Source: an uncultured Candidatus Saccharibacteria bacterium (GTDB taxonomy: Bacteria > Patescibacteriota > Minisyncoccia > Phycocordibacterales > UBA1550). From it: DNA of 64,000 nt. This document shows positions 1-9,726 of this stretch, one piece after another (the stretch's first letter is position 1; each line of letters starts with the position of its first letter). A program made the position numbers and the translations under genes. The notes under the pieces were generated by a model that worked only from the letters and a program-made list of their open reading frames with translations, searched no databases and had not been told where the DNA came from. The stretch spans positions 13,369 through 77,368 of the forward strand of contig CAZXOE010000005.1 in assembly GCA_964642305.1 (NCBI GenBank), given 5' to 3'.

Positions 1-620
1 AGGACAAGATTCTTGGCGAATTAAAGAAACTCATTGGAAAGCGTATCGCGGTGACCATCATTGGCGCGTCTCCAAAAGAAGGCAAGCTTATTTTCTCGGA
101 GAAGGAGCAAGGCGTGAAAGAGAAGCGTGAAATCTCGGGCAAGTACTCAAACGGCGATGAGCTGGACGGTACAATCTCGGGTATCGTAGACTTCGGTGTA
201 TTCGTGAAGCTTGAGGATGGTATTGAAGGACTTGTGCACATTTCAGAAATCGGCTGGGGCCTCGTGGATGACCCACGAAAGATGTTCAAGCTCGGTGAGA
301 AGGTGCGTGTAAAAGTTATTGAAATTAAGGATGGCAAGATCTCACTATCGCTCAAGGCACTCAAGGAGAACCCTTGGAAGGACGCTGAGAAACACTACAA
401 GAAGGGCGACACTGTAACTGGTATCGTTATCAAGTTCAACAACTACGGTGCGCTTGTGTCTCTTGAAGAAGGGGTTGCGGGCCTCGTACATGTGTCTGAA
501 TTTGGCACAGAGGAAGAGCTCAAGAAAAAACTTGAACTCGGAAAGACATATTCGTTCACAATTTCACTCTTTGATGCAAAGGATCAGAAGATGACACTTT
601 CGTACACAGAGAAGAAGTAG
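1..620 (+). CDS. rpsA: 30S ribosomal protein S1, 3' portion; the reading frame is open from base 3, so the start is upstream of the window
   Basis: Repeated S1-domain pattern (GxVxGxVxxIxDFGxFVxLxxGxEGLVHxSE) occurs twice. The frame continues to the window edge. Confidence 0.75.
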   Translation, partial: DKILGELKKLIGKRIAVTIIGASPKEGKLIFSEKEQGVKEKREISGKYSNGDELDGTISGIVDFGVFVKLEDGIEGLVHISEIGWGLVDDPRKMFKLGEKVRVKVIEIKDGKISLSLKALKENPWKDAEKHYKKGDTVTGIVIKFNNYGALVSLEEGVAGLVHVSEFGTEEELKKKLELGKTYSFTISLFDAKDQKMTLSYTEKK

Positions 621-647
621 AAGGAGGAATTAAAAAGCAAGATAAAA

Positions 648-680
648 AGGACCGACCTTTTAAAAAGGTCGGTCCTTTTT
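648..680 (+). terminator. Rho-independent terminator after rpsA
   Basis: GGACCGACC / GGTCGGTCC stem followed by TTTTT. Confidence 0.8.
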
Positions 681-695
681 ATCTTGCTTTTTATT

Positions 696-1571
696 CTAAT
701 CCCTATTCCAAACACGCCCCGCGATTAATCTTATAAGCCTGTATAAAACATATAGAAGAATTCCGTAAAACAAAATCTGCCACTGGAAAACATATTGCCC
801 TATTGTAAGTAGAGCAAGCAGAACATACGCAAATGGTTTTTCTGCAGTGTTTAGCATTGCGTCAGTCTGACTGCGAACAGTTTTTGTGTTACTAGTTAGC
901 GCCTTCACCTCGTCTTCTTTTATTTTTGCAATTTCCTTCTGCTTGTTTTCCTTCGCAAGTTTTAGTTGATACGCTTCACCAATACGAAACTCTTCAATAG
1001 CACTCTTCCCTGACTCCACCCCCTCTTTGACTGGCGCTGGAATTGCTCCGCTCACTGACTGGATTACATTTTCAACTTTCGCAGATGTGCGAGCGCTCGC
1101 CTCTGCTGCCTTTGCTTCTAGAATCTTTGCCTGTGCCGCTTTTGCTACAGGGTCAAGCTCCACTACTTTCTCGCTCTTACCCGCCTCTGCGCTTCCGAGC
1201 ACAGCAGGTTGTTTGCCGTTTGGTCCGTCGGAGATGACATTTGCGAAACGTGCTGTTATTGTATGCTTGCCTTCGGTTGCATTCCAGTCTACCCACAAGT
1301 CACGCACACGTCCGCCACTCGCAAGCGCAAAATCTGCTTTGCCAACAAGGACTCCATTATCCAAAAACTCTACCGCACCAGAAAGATCGTACGCGCTTCC
1401 ATTAAAAATGACTGTGTAAATACGGATCTTGTCCCCAGCATAAAAAGGATCCTTGGAATACCAAATGTTTGACTGCACAAAACCAGCATTGTCTATTGCA
1501 GGGCTTGCAGCGAATACATGGGTTGTGGAAAAAAGAAATAGTATTGAAAAGCCAAAGAGAAGTTTGTTCAT
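696..1571 (-). CDS. Hypothetical secreted protein: N-terminal signal peptide, Ala/Lys-rich middle region, C-terminal TM anchor
   Basis: Long ORF; signal peptide MNKLLFGFSILFLFSTTHVFA; hydrophobic C-terminus. Confidence 0.55.
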   Translation of the reverse strand: MNKLLFGFSILFLFSTTHVFAASPAIDNAGFVQSNIWYSKDPFYAGDKIRIYTVIFNGSAYDLSGAVEFLDNGVLVGKADFALASGGRVRDLWVDWNATEGKHTITARFANVISDGPNGKQPAVLGSAEAGKSEKVVELDPVAKAAQAKILEAKAAEASARTSAKVENVIQSVSGAIPAPVKEGVESGKSAIEEFRIGEAYQLKLAKENKQKEIAKIKEDEVKALTSNTKTVRSQTDAMLNTAEKPFAYVLLALLTIGQYVFQWQILFYGILLYVLYRLIRLIAGRVWNRD

Positions 1572-1590
1572 TTTGTTAGTTTACCATGAA

Positions 1591-1650
1591 CCCCTCTCAG
1601 TGAACAAAACCATGCCACTATCCCCAAATTTTATCTATAGATAAAATTTG
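1591..1650. repeat. Perfect 60 bp palindrome (30 bp arms, no spacer)
   Basis: AACCATGCCACTATCCCCAAATTTTATCTA followed directly by its exact reverse complement. Confidence 0.9.
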
Positions 1651-1734
1651 GGGATAGTGGCATGGTTTATATGTAAAAGAAAAATGCCCGAGATTTCTCC
1701 ACGCGCATTTCTCTAAGAGAAACCGTGCACCACT

Positions 1735-1950
1735 TTACATTGTAGCTTCAACTCCGCAAGTCTTGCAATCTCCTTTGTGCGTTGCCGCAAGGTAAATTGC
1801 CGAAAGTCCAACGAGGATATACACAACCTGTTCAACTACTGGCCAACTACCAACGAGCATAGCTACCAGATTGTAACCAAAGGCATAAAGGCCCCAATTT
1901 AACGCACCTACGATAACGAGCACGAATGCAATTACATGTAATGCTTTCAT
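1735..1950 (-). CDS. DUF378-family small membrane protein
   Basis: 71 aa, two TM segments, GALNWGL motif typical of DUF378 (recalled from memory). Confidence 0.5.
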   Translation of the reverse strand: MKALHVIAFVLVIVGALNWGLYAFGYNLVAMLVGSWPVVEQVVYILVGLSAIYLAATHKGDCKTCGVEATM

Positions 1951-2085
1951 AGTGAAATTTTATTAAATAATTTGCGACCTTTTGTCCACACAGGACATTA
2001 GTATCCTGCCCCCATAATTGTACCCCCTTCATACGACAATAGGAACAAGCTTTGGGTGAAATGTGGGGATAACTTTCTTGAATGA

Positions 2086-2126
2086 AAAAACGCCCGTTTG
2101 GTAAAGCCAAACGGTCGTTTTTTCAT
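2086..2126. terminator. Bidirectional hairpin terminator
   Basis: CCGTTTGG-TAAAG-CCAAACGG flanked by an A-run on the left and a T-run on the right. Confidence 0.65.
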
Positions 2127-2133
2127 CAATCAA

Positions 2134-3138
2134 CTAGTCACGGTCTTCCACTTTTGAGGCTTCTGTCTTCACTTCTTCCTTCCTCTTCTCCTCTAGCTTT
2201 TTTATATCCTCCTGTTTTTCTGTTGAACCAACAACAGAAGCTTCCTGCTCATCTATTGTAGAACGAATTTCCTCTGTGCGTTTCTCTTTTGGTTTTGTAT
2301 CCTTGTTTTCCTTACGAGATTTTGAGCTCTTTTTTTCTTCTTTGGGTTGAGCTAGGGCTTCCTCTACTGTAACATCTGCATTCTCAGCCTTTTCCTTGGC
2401 ATATTTCTCCATTAACTCTTTGTGTTTCTTCTCTGCTACATCGCGCGCGCCCTGAACTTTTTTAAGTGTATTTTTTGACTTCTCACGTGAAGATTGAGCA
2501 ACTGAGACAACCGGGATGACAGTAGGCACGCTTGATGTAGAGTCAACAGCGACAACAGTAGTTTCACTCACACCTAACCCAGCGAGGACCTGCTCGTGTG
2601 TATTAAATACCTCTGAAAGTTTTGAGGCGGTCTCCATTGCATCCTCCTCATCTTCGTCTTCTTCAAACTTTGCAATGCGTTCTTCTACGTGCTTTGTATA
2701 TTGCGCAAGATTCTCTTCGGCGATTTGCTGTACAAGAGGAGAAACATTTGGAATAACGGCAAGCTTTTCAACTTCTTCCAAACGACGCTCTACGAGACGC
2801 ACTTCCCATTCTGCTTTTGCTTTTGACGTTACCGCAACCACTCCACGAACATTCTCGTTCACATGAACTTTCACTGGAAATAGCACATCTCCTGGAACTG
2901 TGTTTTCTGACGCAAACGAAACTGTTCCGCCCATCAAAAGTCCGCCTATTACTAAAATTGAAATTCCCTTCTTGTTTCTAAAATTATTTATGTTAAAGGG
3001 TGAAGGAATCGCGCTGTGGATACTTACTGGATTTGCTTTCACATGACGAATAAGCACGCTCTTCATCTCCGCTTTTTCTGCTACGGAGAGTCGTGTGTGC
3101 TTTGCTCCTTTTTTAATTTTTTTAATTATGTTTTCCAT
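2134..3138 (-). CDS. Putative membrane-anchored anti-sigma factor with one TM and a highly charged K/E-rich C-terminal tail
   Basis: Overlaps the stop of the upstream ECF sigma gene by 17 nt. Single TM (ISILVIGGLLMGGTVSFA). Function inferred from context. Confidence 0.4.
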   Translation of the reverse strand: MENIIKKIKKGAKHTRLSVAEKAEMKSVLIRHVKANPVSIHSAIPSPFNINNFRNKKGISILVIGGLLMGGTVSFASENTVPGDVLFPVKVHVNENVRGVVAVTSKAKAEWEVRLVERRLEEVEKLAVIPNVSPLVQQIAEENLAQYTKHVEERIAKFEEDEDEEDAMETASKLSEVFNTHEQVLAGLGVSETTVVAVDSTSSVPTVIPVVSVAQSSREKSKNTLKKVQGARDVAEKKHKELMEKYAKEKAENADVTVEEALAQPKEEKKSSKSRKENKDTKPKEKRTEEIRSTIDEQEASVVGSTEKQEDIKKLEEKRKEEVKTEASKVEDRD

Positions 3139-3646
3139 GTTGTGAATTGTCCCTCATCTTTTGCAATTTCTCTATCGCTCTGTGTATCCGCACCGAGATA
3201 ACATTTTCTGTTTCCTTTGTGAGATGCGCGATGTCTTTTACCGAGAGCCCATCCACGTGTCGCATCACGAGCGCTTCCCTGTATTTGTCTGGGAGACATT
3301 CGAGGAGAGCCATCGCATTCGCGTGTTCGTCCTTTGTTTCAATATCTCGCATTGATTCAGTGCCGATATCAAAACCTTCTTCGTCACGCATGCGGTCCAG
3401 CGACTCATCCTTCTTTTTGCGATATTCATCAATGATCAAGTTGTTTGCTATGCGGTACAAAAACGCTCGCATATTGTCTATCTCCTTGCCCTGCGCCATG
3501 TATTCCCAAAGGCGGACGAAACTTCCCTGAGCTAAATCCTTTGCCTTTTCCCTGTCAGATACACGGAAAACACAGTGCCGAAAGATTGCGTCGGCAAATT
3601 GGTCATAAGCTTTAAGGAATTCTTGTTCAACCGCATTTGGTTTCAT
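3122..3646 (-). CDS. RNA polymerase sigma factor, ECF (sigma-70 region 2 and region 4)
   Basis: Region 2 (IIDEYRKK) and a region 4 HTH (LSVKDIAHLTKETENVISVRIHRA). Confidence 0.8.
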   Translation of the reverse strand: MKPNAVEQEFLKAYDQFADAIFRHCVFRVSDREKAKDLAQGSFVRLWEYMAQGKEIDNMRAFLYRIANNLIIDEYRKKKDESLDRMRDEEGFDIGTESMRDIETKDEHANAMALLECLPDKYREALVMRHVDGLSVKDIAHLTKETENVISVRIHRAIEKLQKMRDNSQHGKHN

Positions 3647-3713
3647 GCCTACTAATGTTGAAGACGGTCTTAAAGTGCCGTTCTTACATGGAATACTAGC
3701 ATAAACTACCCAT

Positions 3714-4322
3714 TTATTTTACCTTGTCAAAGTGTTCAAAGAGTAACGGCAAACCTACAATGAGAACAATAAAAAGGATAATAATTGCTCCTAGTGCAAA
3801 AAGGTGTAAAAAACTACTTGGGAAAAATATCTGCCTTAGCTCCTTGAATGTTTTTGGGGTCGGCTTTTCATGGTCTAGCAACAAGCCGACTGCGTAACCT
3901 TGTATAATTAGATCATATTTCAAAATAAAGGCAGCGACGATAACAGTTACAAAATTCGTAAAAATAAGGCTTTCTAAAATGAAGTCATTATAAAAAGCGA
4001 AACCAAAATAAACCAGGACGAATACCACAACCACTCCGCCTAAAATTTCCCTCCATTTGTTTTCAGAATCCTCGCCAAAATTTTTTCCCATTTCAGTTTT
4101 TTCCCTAATTTGGTTTTGAATATTTGCATTGCCATATTTAATTGAAAATAATCCCCAAAAAATCATTGTGCACAAAAGTATGGAGAAGTAAAAAATCTCT
4201 TCACCTGATGATGCTGAATAATAAAAAAGAGCTGTGAGGACAAGCACAGGAATACTTTCAAGAGCAAAAAGGAAAGCTGTTATTAGGGTACTCGATTTAT
4301 TATTTGGATTACTGAAAAACAT
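3714..4322 (-). CDS. Hypothetical polytopic membrane protein
   Basis: 202 aa with about 6 hydrophobic helices. Confidence 0.45.
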   Translation of the reverse strand: MFFSNPNNKSSTLITAFLFALESIPVLVLTALFYYSASSGEEIFYFSILLCTMIFWGLFSIKYGNANIQNQIREKTEMGKNFGEDSENKWREILGGVVVVFVLVYFGFAFYNDFILESLIFTNFVTVIVAAFILKYDLIIQGYAVGLLLDHEKPTPKTFKELRQIFFPSSFLHLFALGAIIILFIVLIVGLPLLFEHFDKVK

Positions 4323-4384
4323 ATTTAGTGATCAAAAAAATCTTAAACATACTGATACCAACTATTTTACCACACTGTGTGTAA

Positions 4385-4418
4385 ACAAAAAGCTCACGAG
4401 AGACCCGTGAGCTTTTTG
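4385..4418. terminator. Hairpin terminator downstream of the helicase gene
   Basis: AGCTCACG-AGAGACC-CGTGAGCT with flanking A and T runs. Confidence 0.7.
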
Positions 4419-4423
4419 GGTGC

Positions 4424-5779
4424 CTACCCAATAAACGTAAGCGCCTTGCCTTTCTGCCCCGCTCTTCCGGTACGGCCGATGCGGTGCACATAGTCATCAT
4501 AGGTTTCAGGAATATCAAAGTTGATAACGTGCGATACGCCGGCAATATCAAGACCACGAGCAGCAACGTCTGTTGCAACGAGAATCTGCGCCATACCTTT
4601 TTTGAATGTATCTAGGGCGCGCTGACGCTGACCTTGATTTTTATCTCCATGAATCGACTGCGCTTTGAAACCTTTTTTACCAAGAGCCACCGAAAGCTTT
4701 TCTACACCGTGCTTTGTACGTCCGAAGATGAGAACTTTCTTAAATTCTGGCTGAATCAAAAGGTCGTGAAGCACCTCAAGCTTGTCCTCACCCGCTTTGA
4801 TTTTCACGACATCCTGCTCCACGTTCTTTGAAGTGTCTTGAGTCTTCACCGAAACCATCACCGGCTCCTTGAGAAAATCTTTAATGAGCACAGCAATCTC
4901 TGGTGAGAGTGTCGCTGAAAAGAAAAGTGTATGACGTTCCTTTGGCATAAGCGCAAGCATATAACGCATATCATGAATAAATCCCATGTCCAGCATTCTG
5001 TCTGCCTCATCCAAAACTACTGATTTGAATTCTGCGAGGTTGATGCACTTGCGTTCAATCAAGTCCTTTATACGTCCTGGTGTGCCAATAATAAAGTTAT
5101 GCTGATAGCGAAGGTCGGAAATCTGACGACCAATAGCCGCGCCACCAACGCAACACACCGAGAAAATCTTGAAGCCTTTTACAAAGCCTTTGAGTTCCAT
5201 TTCAATCTGCTGAGCGAGCTCGCGTGTTGGAGCCATCACAATCACCTTCTCCTTTGGATTTGCGAGGACTTTGTTGATAAGCGGAATAAGAAACGCGGCT
5301 GTCTTACCAGTACCTGTATTTGAAATACCCACAAGATCGTGTCCGTGCAAGATGTGCGGAATAACGCGGTCCTGAATAGGAGTTGGCGCTTCGTATCCTT
5401 TCGCAAGAATATTTGCCTTCAAACGCTCGTCGATTATGAAGTCCCTGAACAAGTGTTCAGGAGTAAAAACAACTGCTTCTTCGGTAATGACTGTTTTATT
5501 AATAAATTTTGAGATATCGATGTGCTGACCCTTTCTTGGGCCGCGCTTCCCACCTCCCCTACTAGAGCCTCCACGTGACGCGTTGAAAGAGCGTCCCAAA
5601 GGAGGACGAGAAGAAAAAGAGCGTGCGCCTGAAGGACGAGCACTTGAGTGAGTACCAGAGCCTCGGCTTGAGGACGAGCGTGGAGATGAGCTCGATGACC
5701 CACTTGTGCGTGGTCGTGACGAGCTCGAATGAGGACGGCCTGACCCAGCACCCCTACTAAATGTTTTTTTATGTTCCAT
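4424..5779 (-). CDS. DEAD-box ATP-dependent RNA helicase with an N-terminal S/R/G-rich low-complexity extension of about 95 aa
   Basis: Q motif GYEAPTPIQ, motif I GTGKTAAF, PTRELA, DEAD, SAT, HRIGRTGRAG. Confidence 0.9.
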   Translation of the reverse strand: MEHKKTFSRGAGSGRPHSSSSRPRTSGSSSSSPRSSSSRGSGTHSSARPSGARSFSSRPPLGRSFNASRGGSSRGGGKRGPRKGQHIDISKFINKTVITEEAVVFTPEHLFRDFIIDERLKANILAKGYEAPTPIQDRVIPHILHGHDLVGISNTGTGKTAAFLIPLINKVLANPKEKVIVMAPTRELAQQIEMELKGFVKGFKIFSVCCVGGAAIGRQISDLRYQHNFIIGTPGRIKDLIERKCINLAEFKSVVLDEADRMLDMGFIHDMRYMLALMPKERHTLFFSATLSPEIAVLIKDFLKEPVMVSVKTQDTSKNVEQDVVKIKAGEDKLEVLHDLLIQPEFKKVLIFGRTKHGVEKLSVALGKKGFKAQSIHGDKNQGQRQRALDTFKKGMAQILVATDVAARGLDIAGVSHVINFDIPETYDDYVHRIGRTGRAGQKGKALTFIG

Positions 5780-6093
5780 ATATTGTTCTAAAAGGCCTAC
5801 TAACGCAGGCTTTAATTAATTCTTCGGTACCCCTTTTCCTCAAAATCATTTCCGGCAGTAGTCAAAAAATTAGGCTACGACTTTGAGAAAATTCCTTACC
5901 TTATGCTTATAAGCTTCGTATTTTTCTCCTCGTCTCGCCACAATTTTTTTGCTCCTACCGGAAGCATTTTGTGGAAACGGGGTGAATTCTCTGAAAGCCC
6001 TTGTGTGTTGCGAAGAATGTGCTTTTAGGACAACCCCTTTCGGGTGAAACCCGAGACAAAAACTCTATGAGATGAAGTTATAACAAGTATAAA

Positions 6094-6465
6094 CTATTTA
6101 GGCTTTTTTGTCAAATTTTGTATATTCCTCTCGATTTTTTCTGATATAAGAAAAAGTCTCCTCTCTACTTCATTAAAGACTTCTTCATTTCTCCTTTTTA
6201 TAGTGCCTTCTGTTATTTTTATTGCATTCATCCAATCAATGAGATTCCTTTGATATGTCGCAATATATTCTATATCAGTTGTGTCACCATCGTTGAGCTT
6301 TTTAAGAACTGTATCAAAGATTGGCTCTGTTATAGAAAGTTGCCCTCTAATTTCATCCACACTTAAGCGGACATTTGTTCCTTCGAGTGTGGAATTGTGC
6401 TCTGGACTGTCAGCATTATTAGCATTTTCAAAACTAAATTGTTCCATTTCAATAGTATAACCCAT
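6094..6465 (-). CDS. Hypothetical protein
   Basis: 123 aa ORF with no recognisable motif. Confidence 0.35.
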   Translation of the reverse strand: MGYTIEMEQFSFENANNADSPEHNSTLEGTNVRLSVDEIRGQLSITEPIFDTVLKKLNDGDTTDIEYIATYQRNLIDWMNAIKITEGTIKRRNEEVFNEVERRLFLISEKIERNIQNLTKKPK

Positions 6466-6531
6466 ACACTAAAAAACAAGAACCGCAGACAATTAATTGC
6501 CTGCGGTTAATATTTACTAAAATCAAAGTGC

Positions 6532-7344
6532 TTATGCACGCAACCCTTCACGCACCATTTGCCAAACAAAAGCTATCCCAACAAGAAGATTAAACTGCTG
6601 ACTGACAGTATCGACATTATGACTTGAAAGCTGGCAGCCTCTATCGCCAAAATCTCTTGGCGCAGTCCCTAAACATGCGCAATTACCGCGTGTGTTCATA
6701 TGCAATACACCATTATCACGCAACCGTACCACAAAATCACCATGCCAAGACTTGCAATGAAGCTGCCCTTCAACATGGGGCTGAAAAAAGTGCGCCTTCA
6801 TTGCTTCAATTGCTCTTTCAAGGTCAATATTACTACCGAGCGATTCAAGATACTTGCGTGCTTGCGTAGAGACATACAGTTGGAGTCCTGCACCATGGAA
6901 ATGTCTTGGCTCTTGCGATAAAAAAGTTTCTACGACAAAAAGTTGAGCAGGGCTTCCTTGTTCCGCTTCCACGTTTTGCTCGTCTTCTTCGTGGAGCAAA
7001 TTTTGCAAGATGAACAAAATACTGGCAAAAGTGCCTCCAAGGTCTCGCATTTGAGCAACAGGCTCCACCGCGTTGCTTTCATCAACAAACGCTGGTACCT
7101 CGATACATACAAAACCATCGAGACTCTTTGATACTCTGGCGCAACCATACCAGCCAAACGAGCCACCAAAAATGGACGGCGGAACATACTCCTGCCCAAG
7201 TCGTGAAGCATAGTGCGTTCTGACTCCTGTGAGATTCACAAATTTAAGCCAATATTCAAGGGTCACAAAAATCTGAAAATGCATACCACTAAAGCCAAGA
7301 TGATAGACTTCTGGCAACTTTTTACCCCGTACTAATGGAAACAT
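6532..7344 (-). CDS. Hypothetical protein; the gene is noticeably more GC-rich than its surroundings
   Basis: 270 aa ORF. Many antisense ORFs arise in the track here, which is consistent with elevated GC. Confidence 0.4.
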   Translation of the reverse strand: MFPLVRGKKLPEVYHLGFSGMHFQIFVTLEYWLKFVNLTGVRTHYASRLGQEYVPPSIFGGSFGWYGCARVSKSLDGFVCIEVPAFVDESNAVEPVAQMRDLGGTFASILFILQNLLHEEDEQNVEAEQGSPAQLFVVETFLSQEPRHFHGAGLQLYVSTQARKYLESLGSNIDLERAIEAMKAHFFQPHVEGQLHCKSWHGDFVVRLRDNGVLHMNTRGNCACLGTAPRDFGDRGCQLSSHNVDTVSQQFNLLVGIAFVWQMVREGLRA

Positions 7345-7421
7345 GATTCCCTCCTCAATAAAGAATTGTCTATGTTGATACTACGTAAGATGGCGGTAGA
7401 ATGCAAGGATGGCTATTTATC

Positions 7422-7490
7422 CAAATCCAGCACCTCGTCTATGCGAATCTTGCTTAATAACACTGGTACGTGTAAGACGAGGGGGAATGA
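7422..7490 (-). pseudogene. Displaced remnant copy of the 3' end of the ABC-F gene (encodes ...LVLHVPVLLSKIRIDEVLDLDK*)
   Basis: 29 of 30 nt identical to 8182-8211; reverse-complement translation matches the C-terminus of the 8173..9645 protein. Confidence 0.7.
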
Positions 7491-7546
7491 CTTGATATCA
7501 TTTATCCTATTATTAATTGGATTTGCTACGATACCCACGTGCTTTA

Positions 7547-8152
7547 TTAGAGATCTTTCCACTGTTTGATATGTGCGATTACAGTCCGAAGTTTCTCAAC
7601 TCTGTCATGTTCTGACATGGCTGAAGCAAGGTCAGCCTCACGTTTGAGCGACGCAAGATTATGCCCAAGCGAAGTCTGCAGCGAGTCAAATGCGGCTTCT
7701 ATGCGCCGAGCCTCCCCTAGTACTTCTTGTACCCTTGTCTCGTCCTCAGCGTTATCAGTCAGCCTTGATCGGAGAGCTCTCACTGTGGAACGTGATTCTG
7801 AAATCTTGGCATTAATTTTGTCGTAATCATCGGGCTTGAGGTGAGCTTCGCTAAGAGCAATACGCCAGAACTCCCTGAAGAATGCATCAGCGTTTTCAAT
7901 CAAAACATCACATCTGTTGAGCGAACTCAAGGTTGTTTCGGCATCCATACTCTTTTCTAATCGCTGTTGATCAAGTCGATTTCTGTAGTTTAACCAAAGA
8001 GTGAAGAGAGAGACTATGAGCGACACAGTCGCAAGTGCGAGAAAATAGTGTTCAAGGGTATCTATTTCAAACTCCCACACAACAAAAACCACGGTAACAC
8101 CCGCGAACACAGTCAGTGTCCCGACTATCCACAGAACTATTTTTGTTAGCAT
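7547..8152 (-). CDS. Hypothetical membrane protein (2 TM) with a C-terminal coiled coil; sole cargo of the repeat-bounded insert
   Basis: 201 aa with two N-terminal hydrophobic helices. Confidence 0.45.
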   Translation of the reverse strand: MLTKIVLWIVGTLTVFAGVTVVFVVWEFEIDTLEHYFLALATVSLIVSLFTLWLNYRNRLDQQRLEKSMDAETTLSSLNRCDVLIENADAFFREFWRIALSEAHLKPDDYDKINAKISESRSTVRALRSRLTDNAEDETRVQEVLGEARRIEAAFDSLQTSLGHNLASLKREADLASAMSEHDRVEKLRTVIAHIKQWKDL

Positions 8153-8172
8153 GTTGATAAATTAAGTATACC

Positions 8173-9645
8173 CTACTTCCCCAAATCCAGCACTTCGTCT
8201 ATGCGAATCTGATGCACGAATTCAGGCACGTGAGAAACGAGAATCATAGCGCCCTCATATTGACTGAGTGCTTTTGCAATAACTGGCAAATGGCGAAAGT
8301 TGATATGGTTTGTTGGTTCGTCTAAAATTAGTAACCCTGGTTTCTCAAGTACAAGCTGTGCAAAAGCCACGAGCCCCTTTTGCCCCTCTGAAAGACTGCC
8401 AATCTTTGTATAGATGACATCTGATGTGATGAGGAAACTTGCGGCAACGGCGCGCATACGCTCCTCATCAAGCTTGCCGTCCACCGCCTGTGCCGCACGC
8501 GCGAGTGATTGATATACAGTGTCATTGAAATCCAACGTAGAGAAGTCTTGGCGGTAATATCCCACACGAACACCCTCAGCAATCTTCGCACCTTTTGCTT
8601 TTCCTGTTGCAATTGATTCAAGGAGAGTGGACTTGCCAATACCGTTTGGGCCAGCGAGCAAGAGATGAAACTTTTTCTTAAGTGAGAGTTTTATTTTCTT
8701 TTCAACTGGCTTGTGATTTTTTAACACAGAAAATGATGAGATGTTCAAAAGCTCCCCAGTAAGTTCGGGCTGTGATGGAATAGTAAACGCACGAATAGTT
8801 TTGTCTTCCTTGCGAATATCCACTTTCGCCTCTTCCATCTCCTCTGCTTTTTCACGCATACGCTTTGCAACCATACGCATCTGTCCACCCTTCATCGCAA
8901 AGAAGTTTGCCTTGTCTTTGTTTGCTTGAATCTCTTTCGCGAGTTGCGCATTCTTCATATTTTCTTTTTCAATCTGCGCGGTGATTTGCTTTACCACAGC
9001 GAAATAGTCGCCAACATAGTTTTCAATCTTGCGGGTATAAATATTTAAATAGAGCACGCCTTCGGTAAACGAGTTCAAAAACTCCGCATCGTGAGAAATA
9101 ACGATAACTGTTTTTTTGTATTCTTTTAGAAAATCGGTGAGGTGCGCAATGCCTGCCTTATCGAGGTTATTGGTTGGCTCATCAAGAAGAAGTACGTCTG
9201 GATCCTGAATGAGCGCAGAAGCAAGAAGGAGGCGCGCCTGCTGACCACCGGAAAAAGATTTGATGATTCGCTCGTGCATTTTTTCGTGTCCTTTCAAGTT
9301 CACCACCTCAAGCACCTCGTCTATTTTAGGATCAAGATCGTAGATTTTTTTACTGAAACATTTTTCAAAAAATTCTCTTACCGTGAGCTCAAGCTGATCG
9401 CGAGGAACAACCTGCTTTGAGATAGCGATGCTTATCCCTTTTCCAATGTGAATGTCTCCATCCTCGGGCTTGTTTGCGCCTGTGATGAGCGCAAAAAGGG
9501 ATGACTTGCCAGCGCCGTTTTGCCCCATGAGTGTTAGCTTTGCTCCGCGACGCACAGCAAAAGACACATCATCCAAGATGGGTTTATTGTGCCCGTATTC
9601 AAACGATACATTTTCGAATCGTACGATGACTTCTCCTTGTGCCAT
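8173..9645 (-). CDS. ABC-F family ATPase with two tandem ABC domains
   Basis: Walker A GQNGAGKSS and GPNGIGKST; signatures LSGGQQ and LSEGQK; Walker B LLLDEPTN and LILDEPTN. Confidence 0.85.
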   Translation of the reverse strand: MAQGEVIVRFENVSFEYGHNKPILDDVSFAVRRGAKLTLMGQNGAGKSSLFALITGANKPEDGDIHIGKGISIAISKQVVPRDQLELTVREFFEKCFSKKIYDLDPKIDEVLEVVNLKGHEKMHERIIKSFSGGQQARLLLASALIQDPDVLLLDEPTNNLDKAGIAHLTDFLKEYKKTVIVISHDAEFLNSFTEGVLYLNIYTRKIENYVGDYFAVVKQITAQIEKENMKNAQLAKEIQANKDKANFFAMKGGQMRMVAKRMREKAEEMEEAKVDIRKEDKTIRAFTIPSQPELTGELLNISSFSVLKNHKPVEKKIKLSLKKKFHLLLAGPNGIGKSTLLESIATGKAKGAKIAEGVRVGYYRQDFSTLDFNDTVYQSLARAAQAVDGKLDEERMRAVAASFLITSDVIYTKIGSLSEGQKGLVAFAQLVLEKPGLLILDEPTNHINFRHLPVIAKALSQYEGAMILVSHVPEFVHQIRIDEVLDLGK

Positions 9646-9677
9646 AAAAGTTTCTTCACCTTACCGCATTTTGGTCA

Positions 9678-9713
9678 AAAAACAAAGCGGGGCTTGGGCG
9701 GCCCCGCTTTTTG
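9678..9713. terminator. Hairpin terminator
   Basis: GCGGGGC-TTGGGCG-GCCCCGC followed by TTTTT. Confidence 0.7.
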
Positions 9714-9726
9714 TGACTACAAAAAA

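Noticed and set aside
1027-1472. Three plus-strand ORFs (130, 64 and 87 aa) inside the 696..1571 gene
   Set aside because: They are antisense to a longer ORF with a clear signal peptide, and their compositions are Ala/Ser/Pro-rich mirror images typical of antisense frames.
4309-4578. 89 aa ORF overlapping the helicase 3' end and terminator
   Set aside because: It overlaps a well-supported gene and a terminator hairpin, with no supporting motif.
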